The notes under the pieces are model-generated. The model worked only from the letters and a program-made list of their open reading frames with translations. It did no database searches and was not told the origin of the DNA. Below are positions 24,963-33,351 of a DNA stretch of 56,335 nucleotides, piece after piece (the stretch's first letter is position 1; every line of letters begins with the position of its first letter). The stretch comes from a virus: IMG/VR virus record IMGVR_UViG_3300045988_137693; one strand, written 5' to 3'. Both the position numbers and the translations under genes were made by a program.

Positions 24963-27764
24963 ATGGCTGAAGAGTCATATTCTGGTGATGACGAGTCGTT
25001 GTATGACTTCGAGCATTACGGTACTCCACATCAGGGTGCCACTCCGCATTCCGGACGGTACAAATGGGGTTCTGGCGATGAGGATTCCTTGACCAGAGCC
25101 AATGGCTTGCTGGGTCAAGTGGCTCGGCTCAAAGAGCAAGGGATCAAGAATTCAACAGAGATCGCACGAGCGCTTGGCATGACTACCACCGAGTACCGAG
25201 CACGATATTCCATGGCCTGGAATGAAGCCGAGAACTATACTCGTAACCGAGCGCTGAACCTTCAGAAGCAAGGCTGGGGTGCTACAGCTATCGGCAAAGA
25301 GCTTGGACGTTCTGAATCGACAGTCCGTGGCTGGCTCAAAGATGGTCGCGAGGTTCGCAATGATATCGCAACAGATATCGCTGAGAAACTCATGGCCTCT
25401 GTTCCGAAGAACGGTGGTCTTGATATCGGTAAATCCCAGGAATTGTATCTGGGGGCATCTGCCGATAAGCTCAAGGTTGCAGTGCAGATGGCAGTCGATA
25501 AGGGCTATGAAGTCCACTACATGTATGAGAATCAGCTCGGTACCGGTCCTGGCCAGAAGACGACCCTTAAGCTGTTGACCGCTCCTGGTGTCAAGGTTTC
25601 TGGCCCTGAAGGTCTGTATGCTCATCGTGAGCGTATCGCTTTCTTGGCAAAAAATCTTGACGACATTCCCGAAGGATCTTCCGGAGCACTGAAGCCTCCA
25701 GTATCGATCGATAGCAAGCGAGTTAAGATCGTTTATGCTGAAGACAAGTTTGCTGGATTCAAGGGCGTCGAACGAGATGGCGTGATGCTGATTAATCCCA
25801 AGGCTCCTGATCTTCAGTTGCCGGATGGTAAACGTTACGCTCAGGTTCGAATTGCCGTTGATGGCACTCACTACCTCAAGGGTATGGCGCTCGTTGGCGA
25901 TCCTCGGTCGTTCCCTCCTGGCGTCGATGTGGCCTTCTGCACCAACAAGCACAAGGGCACTCCGAAGATGGATGTTCTGAAGAAGATGCAGACTATCAAG
26001 TCTACCAACGGAACAGAAGTCATCGATACTGAGAACCCGTTCAAGGCCGCAGTGCGTTTGCAGCCTATGTATGTGGATCCGAAGACCGGTAAGAAGAAGC
26101 AATCCGCCCTGAATATTCTGAACACCGAAGGCGATTGGGATGGTTGGTCGAAGAATCTTCCATCTCAGATGCTTTCCAAGCAGGAACCTTCATTTGCTTC
26201 TCAGCAACTCGGTATCGCTCTGGATCGTTCTCGATTGAATCTGAAAGAAATCAAATCGTTGACCAATCCAGTCGTCAAGCAAAAGCTTCTTCAAGAGTTT
26301 GCTGACGAATGCGATTCCGCTGCCGTTTCTTTGAAGGCCGCTGCCGTCCCACGTCAGAAGTCTCATGTGATCCTTCCGATTAATTCGTTAAGTGATCGTG
26401 AGATCTATGCGCCGAACTACCGAAATGGCGAGAAGGTGATGCTGGTTCGTTATCCGCACGCTGGTCGATTTGAGATGCCTGAACTTGTGGTGAACAATCG
26501 AAACAAGGAAGGTCTTAAATACATCGGCAATGCGAAGGACGCAGTCGGCATTAATTCCAAAGTAGCCGAACGTCTATCAGGTGCTGACTTTGACGGAGAT
26601 ACTGTTCAGGTAATTCCGAATAAAAGTGGTCAGATTAAGAATGCCGCTCCATTGAAAGGACTTCAGGGATTCGATCCCAAAGAATCATACGCTTTGCCAA
26701 AAGACATCAAGCCTAACGACAAACGTTTGATTTCTCCTGAGATGAAGCAGCGTCAGATGGGTATCGTATCCAATCTGATTACCGATATGACAATCAAAGG
26801 CGCTCGTCCTGACGAATTGGTTCGAGCAGTTCGCCATTCCATGGTAGTGATTGATTCCGAAAAGCATAAGCTTGATTGGAAACAATCCGAGACTGATAAT
26901 AACATCAAGGCTCTCAAGGAGAAGTTCCAAAGTGGTGGAGCTTCTACACTTGTTTCAAGAGCTAAGGGTGTGGTCCGTCTTCCGGAGCGTAAGCCCCGAT
27001 CCATGAAGAATGGCGGTCCGATCGATCCTGAGACCGGTGAGAAGCGTTACGAACTTACCGGCGAGTCTCACAGTCGAGCAGTTCGTAATTCGAAGGGTGA
27101 GGTTGTTCGTTATGAAACAGTCCCCAACCTTACGAAGTCTACGAAACTTGCCGAGGCTAAAGATGCTAGGGAACTTTCTTCTGGTACTTTGATGGAATCT
27201 ATTTATGCTCGTTACTCTAACGGCATGAAAGATTTGGGTAACCAATCTCGAAAGGCCTACCTCCAGGCGGAGCCTTTCAAAGTAGACCCCCAGGCGAGAA
27301 AAACATACGCCCCTGAAGTTAAGAAGATGGTAGCCCAGCTCAATGAAGCCAAGAAGAACCAACCTCTAGAACGCCAGGCTCAGGTCATAGCCAACGAGAG
27401 GCTTCGCGCCATCAAGGAAGATCATCCTGACTATGACAAGGAAGATCTCAAGAAGGCTGGACAAAAAGAGCTCAAACGAGCTAGAGCTATTGTTGGTATT
27501 CAATCCAAGAGGGTGGATCTTACGGATCGAGACTGGGAGGCAATTCAAGCAAGGGCCATCTCAGCTAACAGACTTCGTGAGATACTGCAATACGCTGATC
27601 CCGATCGAGTTCGAGAACTGGCTACTCCGAGAAAGAAAGAAAAGCTTCCTTCTTGGGCTATTGCTAGAGCGAAATCGCTCATGAATGCTGGCTATACCAA
27701 TGCAGAAGTCGCAGATGCTTTGGGTATTTCGACTTCAACATTGTCTGAGAACCTTGGGAAGTGA
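24963..27764 (+). CDS. Candidate single-subunit two-barrel RNA polymerase (RdRP/QDE-1/YonO-like catalytic motif) flanked by HTH motifs
   Basis: VMLVRYPHAGRFEMPELVV...AERLSGADFDGDTVQVIPN (DFDGD at 26586-26600) parallels R-x-P...GGDLDGDTY of RdRP-family enzymes and NADFDGD of beta-prime. HTH-like motifs: STEIARALGMTTTEY, ATAIGKELGRSESTVRGWL, TNAEVADALGISTSTLSENL. Confidence 0.6.
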   Translation: MAEESYSGDDESLYDFEHYGTPHQGATPHSGRYKWGSGDEDSLTRANGLLGQVARLKEQGIKNSTEIARALGMTTTEYRARYSMAWNEAENYTRNRALNLQKQGWGATAIGKELGRSESTVRGWLKDGREVRNDIATDIAEKLMASVPKNGGLDIGKSQELYLGASADKLKVAVQMAVDKGYEVHYMYENQLGTGPGQKTTLKLLTAPGVKVSGPEGLYAHRERIAFLAKNLDDIPEGSSGALKPPVSIDSKRVKIVYAEDKFAGFKGVERDGVMLINPKAPDLQLPDGKRYAQVRIAVDGTHYLKGMALVGDPRSFPPGVDVAFCTNKHKGTPKMDVLKKMQTIKSTNGTEVIDTENPFKAAVRLQPMYVDPKTGKKKQSALNILNTEGDWDGWSKNLPSQMLSKQEPSFASQQLGIALDRSRLNLKEIKSLTNPVVKQKLLQEFADECDSAAVSLKAAAVPRQKSHVILPINSLSDREIYAPNYRNGEKVMLVRYPHAGRFEMPELVVNNRNKEGLKYIGNAKDAVGINSKVAERLSGADFDGDTVQVIPNKSGQIKNAAPLKGLQGFDPKESYALPKDIKPNDKRLISPEMKQRQMGIVSNLITDMTIKGARPDELVRAVRHSMVVIDSEKHKLDWKQSETDNNIKALKEKFQSGGASTLVSRAKGVVRLPERKPRSMKNGGPIDPETGEKRYELTGESHSRAVRNSKGEVVRYETVPNLTKSTKLAEAKDARELSSGTLMESIYARYSNGMKDLGNQSRKAYLQAEPFKVDPQARKTYAPEVKKMVAQLNEAKKNQPLERQAQVIANERLRAIKEDHPDYDKEDLKKAGQKELKRARAIVGIQSKRVDLTDRDWEAIQARAISANRLREILQYADPDRVRELATPRKKEKLPSWAIARAKSLMNAGYTNAEVADALGISTSTLSENLGK

Positions 27765-27770
27765 TGAAGT

Positions 27771-28076
27771 ATGACATTATCACCACTAGAGCAAGCATGT
27801 CTTAGGCATGATGTATTGGTAACTACAGTGGACAATCCTATCAATCCATTCGTTGATTTCGAAGGATGGATGAATCTAGACATTGCCATGGGCTATGATA
27901 CATGTGGTCTAGTTAGCCAAATGTTCATGGGTTATGATAACATGTCTGATGAGGATCAAGCAATCGAGTATGCTCGAATGATTCGAGATCTTTTTGCTCA
28001 TGATCCTTTGGGTGTGTACACATTAGCCAAGCGTCCATCATGGCGTGAAGTTCCATCTGCTGCATCAAACGAATAG
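27771..28076 (+). CDS. Hypothetical protein (101 aa)
   Basis: ORF closely following the previous gene. Confidence 0.55.
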   Translation: MTLSPLEQACLRHDVLVTTVDNPINPFVDFEGWMNLDIAMGYDTCGLVSQMFMGYDNMSDEDQAIEYARMIRDLFAHDPLGVYTLAKRPSWREVPSAASNE

Positions 28077-28740
28077 CATGATGCGATTGCATGATGTGAT
28101 TGCATCATGTTGCTTGTCATCAACAACATATGCAATGACAAACATAACAACAATGCATGATGCTTGATGTATGTTACATGATGAATGATGAATGATAAGA
28201 TTCGTATAAGCAATGAATCACATTCGCTCATATGAATCTTATCATTCATCAATCATTCATCAATCATTCATCAATCGTTGTCAATCATCGTTGTTTATTG
28301 TCATTGCAAATCGAAATCAATCAAATGCGAATGAATTAACTTTCATTCAACTGCAACCAACTATTGGATGAATTGTAAATGTAATTTATAATTCATAGCA
28401 AAGAATAATTTTGAATTTAGATTCGTTCTAATTCAAAATTGTTGAGATGCCCAACCCTAGGATCTCTTTTGAGATACCGGGGGAGGGGGTCGTGAAAAAC
28501 ACACCCCCTATGGCATCGCCCGACAACTCGAAAATACCCCGCGGGGGATATTTTGGAATTGCTTTTTAGCTCTCGTAGGGTTCTCCGGGGGTGTTGGGTG
28601 CTCTCCGAATTAGTTTCCGATACATGTACCGCTGCGAAACGGTGGAAACACTCCTTGGATCGAGCATGATTCTCCCCAATGCCCCTAGAAAACTCTGCGA
28701 TAGCGTTGAGAATCCGCTAATAAAAGGAGATGATGTCCCT
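28077..28740. other. Non-coding, repeat-dense region upstream of terS; putative packaging recognition (cos/pac) region
   Basis: GCATGATG repeats at 28073-28112. 17-bp perfect inverted repeat at 28187-28203 / 28234-28250. ATCATTCATCA x3 at 28241-28273. More than 10 (A)TGAAT/ATTCAT motifs. 11-bp inverted repeat at 28407-28417 / 28430-28440. G5/C5 hairpin at 28484-28509. Palindrome CCCCGCGGGG at 28537-28546. Confidence 0.55.
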
Positions 28741-29079
28741 ATGGCTCGTCGCAAACGGGTCGAGGAACCTATCGCCCCTCCACTTATTCCTGAACGAACT
28801 CCGGAAGGACGCGAACAACAGCTCGAAGCACTTGCTATGGATCTCGTTGAACGTCGTTTAAGAGAGGGGACCGCTTCCTCGGCAGAGACAGTGCATTTTT
28901 TGAAGCAAGCTTCATCTCGAAATCAACTCGAGATGGAGAAGATGCGGCATGAGAATCGTAAGATCGAAGCGCAGACTCATGCCATCAATAGCCTTGAGGA
29001 TCAAACCAAGCTTTTCCAAGAAGCAGTCAAAGCCATGCAGGGCTACATCATGCCATCTGGCGAAGAAGAGGTGGAATAA
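28741..29079 (+). CDS. terS: Probable terminase small subunit
   Basis: Position upstream of HNH and terL. Basic N-terminus, the TASSAETVHFLKQASSRNQLEMEKMRHEN block and a coiled-coil C-terminus resemble small-terminase families of Gram-positive phages. Confidence 0.5.
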   Translation: MARRKRVEEPIAPPLIPERTPEGREQQLEALAMDLVERRLREGTASSAETVHFLKQASSRNQLEMEKMRHENRKIEAQTHAINSLEDQTKLFQEAVKAMQGYIMPSGEEEVE

Positions 29080-29636
29080 TGATTTTATCGGATAGAACCA
29101 TTCGAAGCCTCGCCACAAATTGCGGTTTGATCGATCCGTTTAATGAAGATCAATTGCAGCCGTGCAGTTATGATGTTCGACTCGATTCACGAATCAAGCG
29201 ATTCGTGAAGACTAACGATTTAGCGATACATATCATTGACGGTTCATCGAAAGAATTGCATGGCGTATCGATGGATACCCTCAACCTCGCCAATATGGCA
29301 TATGCTCTTCGCCCTGGCGAATTCATTCTCGGATCTACCGTCGAAGCAGTATCGATTCCGGATTATCTGGCGTGTCGTTTCGAAGGAAAATCGTCGTTGG
29401 GACGTATCGGTCTGACTACGCATGTCACGGCTGGGTTCATTGATCCCGGTTTTCAAGGAACCATAACTTTGGAGATCAAGAACGAGAATCAATTCCCAAT
29501 TCTATTAAAGCCCGGAATGCTTATTGGTCAGTTGTGCTTCATTCGTCTCAACACCAAGGTTGATCGGATGTATGGTTCTGCCGGACTTGGTTCCCATTAC
29601 CAGAACCAGATCGGTGTCACCGAGGCTCGATCATGA
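29079..29636 (+). CDS. dcd: dCTP deaminase
   Basis: MILSDRTI..., SYDVRL, GKSSLGRIGLTTHVTAGFIDPGFQGTITLEIKN, IGQLCF. Confidence 0.9.
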   Translation: MILSDRTIRSLATNCGLIDPFNEDQLQPCSYDVRLDSRIKRFVKTNDLAIHIIDGSSKELHGVSMDTLNLANMAYALRPGEFILGSTVEAVSIPDYLACRFEGKSSLGRIGLTTHVTAGFIDPGFQGTITLEIKNENQFPILLKPGMLIGQLCFIRLNTKVDRMYGSAGLGSHYQNQIGVTEARS

Positions 29637-30049
29637 ATGGCATTATTCGAACTTATTCAGAACTCATGCGTATCGAATCATATGAAGAACGTTTCGAGTA
29701 TCTGGCTCTGAATGGAACAGTCGCTCGTCCGACATTCGGTAACGAACGATGGATGAACCAGAGATTCTATCATTCGAAAGAATGGTATGATGTTCGAGAT
29801 TATGTGATCGCTCGAGACAATGGTTTTGATCTAGGTCATCGGGATTACCCGATACCAGGAAAGATCATGATTCATCACATGAATCCATTGACTCCCGATC
29901 AGATCGAACATGCAGATCGCAACATGCTTGATCCAGAGTTTCTTATCTCGTGTTCTCTGGCAACCCATAATGCCATTCACTACGGTGACAAAGACCAACT
30001 TCGGATCATGAATGAACGTTTTCCGAACGATATGATACCATGGAGGTGA
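29633..30049 (+). CDS. HNH endonuclease (terminase-associated type)
   Basis: IMIHHMNPL...SLATHNAIHYG; sits 1.2 kb upstream of terL, with three small intervening genes. Confidence 0.8.
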   Translation: MNGIIRTYSELMRIESYEERFEYLALNGTVARPTFGNERWMNQRFYHSKEWYDVRDYVIARDNGFDLGHRDYPIPGKIMIHHMNPLTPDQIEHADRNMLDPEFLISCSLATHNAIHYGDKDQLRIMNERFPNDMIPWR

Positions 30050-30051
30050 AC

Positions 30052-30279
30052 ATGAACAAACATACTACATTTGAGATCGTAGCATTTGTTTCGGCAATAA
30101 TGTCGGCATTGATCTCAGCGATTCTTCTAGGCATCGTGTGCAGTTTCATGATTATCACCAGGGATCAGCAACAGGAAGTGCGAACGGTTAAAACCGGCGA
30201 CATTTCTTGGATCTGTCTCGATACAAAAGATGGCGATCGCATCGTTGCTGAAAGTTGCCAAATATTACCACATGCATAG
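30052..30279 (+). CDS. Small membrane protein (75 aa)
   Basis: ggaggtg RBS; TM segment IVAFVSAIMSALISAILLGIVCSFMII. Confidence 0.5.
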   Translation: MNKHTTFEIVAFVSAIMSALISAILLGIVCSFMIITRDQQQEVRTVKTGDISWICLDTKDGDRIVAESCQILPHA

Positions 30280-30374
30280 GATGGGTGCTCATCGTGAGCG
30301 TATTGCTTTTTAGTTATGACGTCAATGACGAGCATCTTGAACAAGATGTCACCGTCAGAGTGAAATGAGGATCA

Positions 30375-30734
30375 ATGGGTACACTATTACAATCTTCGAT
30401 CCTGAATACGATCAAGCAGATGCTTGGCATCGATGAAACATTTAATGGTTTCGATCCGGAAATTATCATTGATATCAATTCGGCATTGATGACTCTGCAT
30501 CAGTTAGGTATTGGTCCATCGGACGGATTTCAGATCGCTTCTGAGAGTGATATCTGGGAGGATCTTACAGTAGATGTGTCACAACTTAACGGGATTAAAA
30601 CCTATATCTATCTCAAGACCAGACTGCTGTTTGATCCTCCATCAAATTCATTCCTCGTGCAATCTATGGAAAAGCAACTTCAAGAGCTTGAATGGCGATT
30701 GAACGTTAATGCGGAAGGAGCATTCGATGGATAA
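30375..30734 (+). CDS. Possible head-tail connector (gp6-like) protein
   Basis: N-terminal ILNTIKQMLGIDETFNGFDPEIIIDINSAL pattern, typical of the gp6-like connector family. Confidence 0.45.
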   Translation: MGTLLQSSILNTIKQMLGIDETFNGFDPEIIIDINSALMTLHQLGIGPSDGFQIASESDIWEDLTVDVSQLNGIKTYIYLKTRLLFDPPSNSFLVQSMEKQLQELEWRLNVNAEGAFDG

Positions 30735-31269
30735 CGACATTGAGGCTGTTGATCCTGTCGAGCAATGTTTTGAACATTTCGGCATCCTCGGTATGAAATG
30801 GGGACGTCGACGTTCGACCGAGGAACTTCAAGCCGCTCGCGGCAAGAAAGATTGGGAAGGCGATTCCGACAAGAATTCCGGTAAGGACTCAACTGAAGGA
30901 TCTCAGTCGCCTAGGAAAGATTCAGCTGAAGGTCCCAAGGTCGTTCGCAAAGAATCCGACCATGAGAAATACCAGCGTCTTTCTCGCATGAAGGTTCAGG
31001 ATATGTCCACTCAAGAGATTAACGATTGGGTGAATCGAACCAATGCCATAGCCAATTATAATCGATTGACGGCTCAGCAGAAAGAGGCATCACGATCCAA
31101 AGGCCAGAAATTCATTCATTTCATGTTGGATACCGGAAAATCCATGGCCATCGATGCGGGCAAAGAAATCGCTAAAGATTATCTTAAGACGGCTCTCAAA
31201 GGATATGCCGAAAGCAAGATCGCGTCTTCTACACCACGACATGCGAAGTCGAAGAAGAAAAAGAAGTAG
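30727..31269 (+). CDS. Hypothetical basic protein with an N-terminal FEHFG..GMKWG motif
   Basis: 180-aa ORF with a Lys-rich C-terminus. Confidence 0.55.
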   Translation: MDNDIEAVDPVEQCFEHFGILGMKWGRRRSTEELQAARGKKDWEGDSDKNSGKDSTEGSQSPRKDSAEGPKVVRKESDHEKYQRLSRMKVQDMSTQEINDWVNRTNAIANYNRLTAQQKEASRSKGQKFIHFMLDTGKSMAIDAGKEIAKDYLKTALKGYAESKIASSTPRHAKSKKKKK

Positions 31270-31272
31270 CGT

Positions 31273-33039
31273 ATGACACTGTCAAACACTGCGACTCCGC
31301 GATACTATGGTGAGTTTCGTCAGAAAGTGATGTCAGGTGAAATCCCGGTATGTCGTGAAATCTCGATGGAGATGAATCGTATAGATGCCATGATTGCGAA
31401 TCCTGGTATTTACTATGATGATACCGCTGTCGAGCATTGGGTGAATTTCTGCGAGCACGAACTTGTGTTGACTGATGGTTCTCCACTTCATTTGCTTGAT
31501 TCGTTCAAGCTATGGGGCGAGCAGATCTTCGGATGGTACTATTTTGTGGATCGATCGGTCTATATCCCGAATACCGATCGTCCTGGAGGCCATTATGTCA
31601 CCAAACGCATCAAAAAGCGTTTGATTAATCGACAGTATTTGATCGTTTCCCGTGGTAATGCCAAGTCATTGTATGCGACATGTTTGCAGGCATACATGCT
31701 ACTGTGCGATCCGAATACCACCACTGGCATTGTCGTGGCACCGACCATGAAACTTGCCGATGAGATCATGTCGCCGATCCGTACCGCTATTCAGCGAGCT
31801 CCAGGACCGGCGATTAAGATGATGACGCAGGGGAAACTCCCAGGACGAAGTGGCGGTGTCACTGGCAATCAGGTCATGTTGGCATCGACAAAGGTTGGTA
31901 TTCAATATTTTCCAACGAATAGTCTTGTCGAAGTTCGTCCGATGTCCATCGATAAACTTCAGGGAGCTCGACCTAAGATCGCTACCGTTGACGAGTGGCT
32001 TTCTGGTGATACTCGCGAAGATGTTGTCGGTGCATTGGCCCAAGGTGCTTCTAAGGAACAATCCGATAGAGGCGGTTCCGATTGGCTGATCGTGGCGACG
32101 TCGTCCGAAGGCACCGTCCGTAATTCGGTCGGTGATACCATCAAGCTTGAGCTTATGAGTATTCTGAAAGGCGAGTATCAGGACTTTCACACTTCGATAT
32201 TCTACTATCGACAGGATGATGTCAAAGAGGTCGCCGATCCGTCAACTTGGATGAAATCGAATCCGAACATTGGCATTACCGTAACGTATGAAACGCTACA
32301 GAATGATGTCGAACGTGCGGAGAAAGCACCGGCCAATCGCAATGATATTTTGGCTAAACGTTTCGGTATCCCTATGGAAGGCTACACCTACTTCTTTACG
32401 TACGAGGAAACGCTTCCGCACACCAAGAAGGACTTCTGGGGATTACCATGCGCACTCGGTGCCGATCTTTCGCAAGGCGATGATTTCTGTTCGTTCACCT
32501 TCATGTTCCCACTGCGTGGCGAAGTATTCGGAATCAAGACTCGAAATTATATTTCCGAGTACACCTTGACAAAACTTCCTACAGCTGCTCGTCAGAAGTA
32601 TGAGGAATTCATTCGAGAAGGTTCTTTGCATATCATGGAAGGAACCACTCTTGACATGGATCTGGTGTACGATGATCTCGATCAACACATCATTGATTGC
32701 CAATATGATGTTCGCGCATTCGGTTATGATCCATACAATGCCAAACGATTCGTCGAACGATGGACCCAAGACAATGGTGCTTTCGCCATTGAGAAAGTCA
32801 TTCAAGGAGCCAAGACGGAATCTGTTCCGCTTGGTGAATTGAAGAAACTCGCTGAAGATCGTCGTTTGTTGTTTGATGAATCATTGATGTCATTCACCAT
32901 GGCGAACTGTATGACATTGGAAGATACCAACGGTAATCGAAAGCTATACAAGGCTCGTCGCGAAGACAAGATCGATGCCGTTGCCGCGATGATGGATGCT
33001 TTTATAGCATTCAAGAACAATCGAGATGCATTCGAGTAA
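31273..33039 (+). CDS. terL: Terminase large subunit
   Basis: Size, position and N-terminal ATPase block (LIVSRGNAKSLYATCLQAYML); a nuclease-type C-terminal half. Confidence 0.9.
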   Translation: MTLSNTATPRYYGEFRQKVMSGEIPVCREISMEMNRIDAMIANPGIYYDDTAVEHWVNFCEHELVLTDGSPLHLLDSFKLWGEQIFGWYYFVDRSVYIPNTDRPGGHYVTKRIKKRLINRQYLIVSRGNAKSLYATCLQAYMLLCDPNTTTGIVVAPTMKLADEIMSPIRTAIQRAPGPAIKMMTQGKLPGRSGGVTGNQVMLASTKVGIQYFPTNSLVEVRPMSIDKLQGARPKIATVDEWLSGDTREDVVGALAQGASKEQSDRGGSDWLIVATSSEGTVRNSVGDTIKLELMSILKGEYQDFHTSIFYYRQDDVKEVADPSTWMKSNPNIGITVTYETLQNDVERAEKAPANRNDILAKRFGIPMEGYTYFFTYEETLPHTKKDFWGLPCALGADLSQGDDFCSFTFMFPLRGEVFGIKTRNYISEYTLTKLPTAARQKYEEFIREGSLHIMEGTTLDMDLVYDDLDQHIIDCQYDVRAFGYDPYNAKRFVERWTQDNGAFAIEKVIQGAKTESVPLGELKKLAEDRRLLFDESLMSFTMANCMTLEDTNGNRKLYKARREDKIDAVAAMMDAFIAFKNNRDAFE

Positions 33040-33050
33040 GGAGGTGAATC

Positions 33051-33350
33051 ATGGCTGAATTTAAGACTGCTCTTCGCAAAAAACTTTCGCGGGAAGGAGA
33101 GGCTCTTCCTGATGGAAGCTTTCCAATTCGTAACGAAAAAGATTTGAAGAATGCCATTAGTTCGTATGGTCGCTCCAAAGACCCTGAGAAAGCCAAAGCG
33201 TGGATCAAACAACGCGCCAAGGCTCTGGGATTGGAGAAATTAATTCCAGAATCATGGGTTTCAAATATGCCTGCGGCTAAGGCAGTTCGAAAGAAGCCGT
33301 TGAACAACCAGTTCGTTGCTAAAGCCGTTCGAAAGAAGGTGATGAACTGA
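33051..33350 (+). CDS. Small basic protein between terL and portal
   Basis: ORF with aaggaggtg RBS. Confidence 0.55.
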   Translation: MAEFKTALRKKLSREGEALPDGSFPIRNEKDLKNAISSYGRSKDPEKAKAWIKQRAKALGLEKLIPESWVSNMPAAKAVRKKPLNNQFVAKAVRKKVMN

Positions 33351-33351
33351 C

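Noticed and set aside
28241-28273. Tandem 11-bp repeat considered as a CRISPR or satellite element
   Set aside because: Only three contiguous units with no spacers. It is part of a larger inverted-repeat and motif array consistent with a terminase binding region.
28591-28740. Longer form of the terS ORF starting at 28591
   Set aside because: The extra 50 aa overlap the G/C-rich palindromic part of the putative packaging site and have no RBS. ATG 28741 follows an aaaaggag RBS, though with a rather long 11-nt spacer, so the start remains somewhat uncertain.
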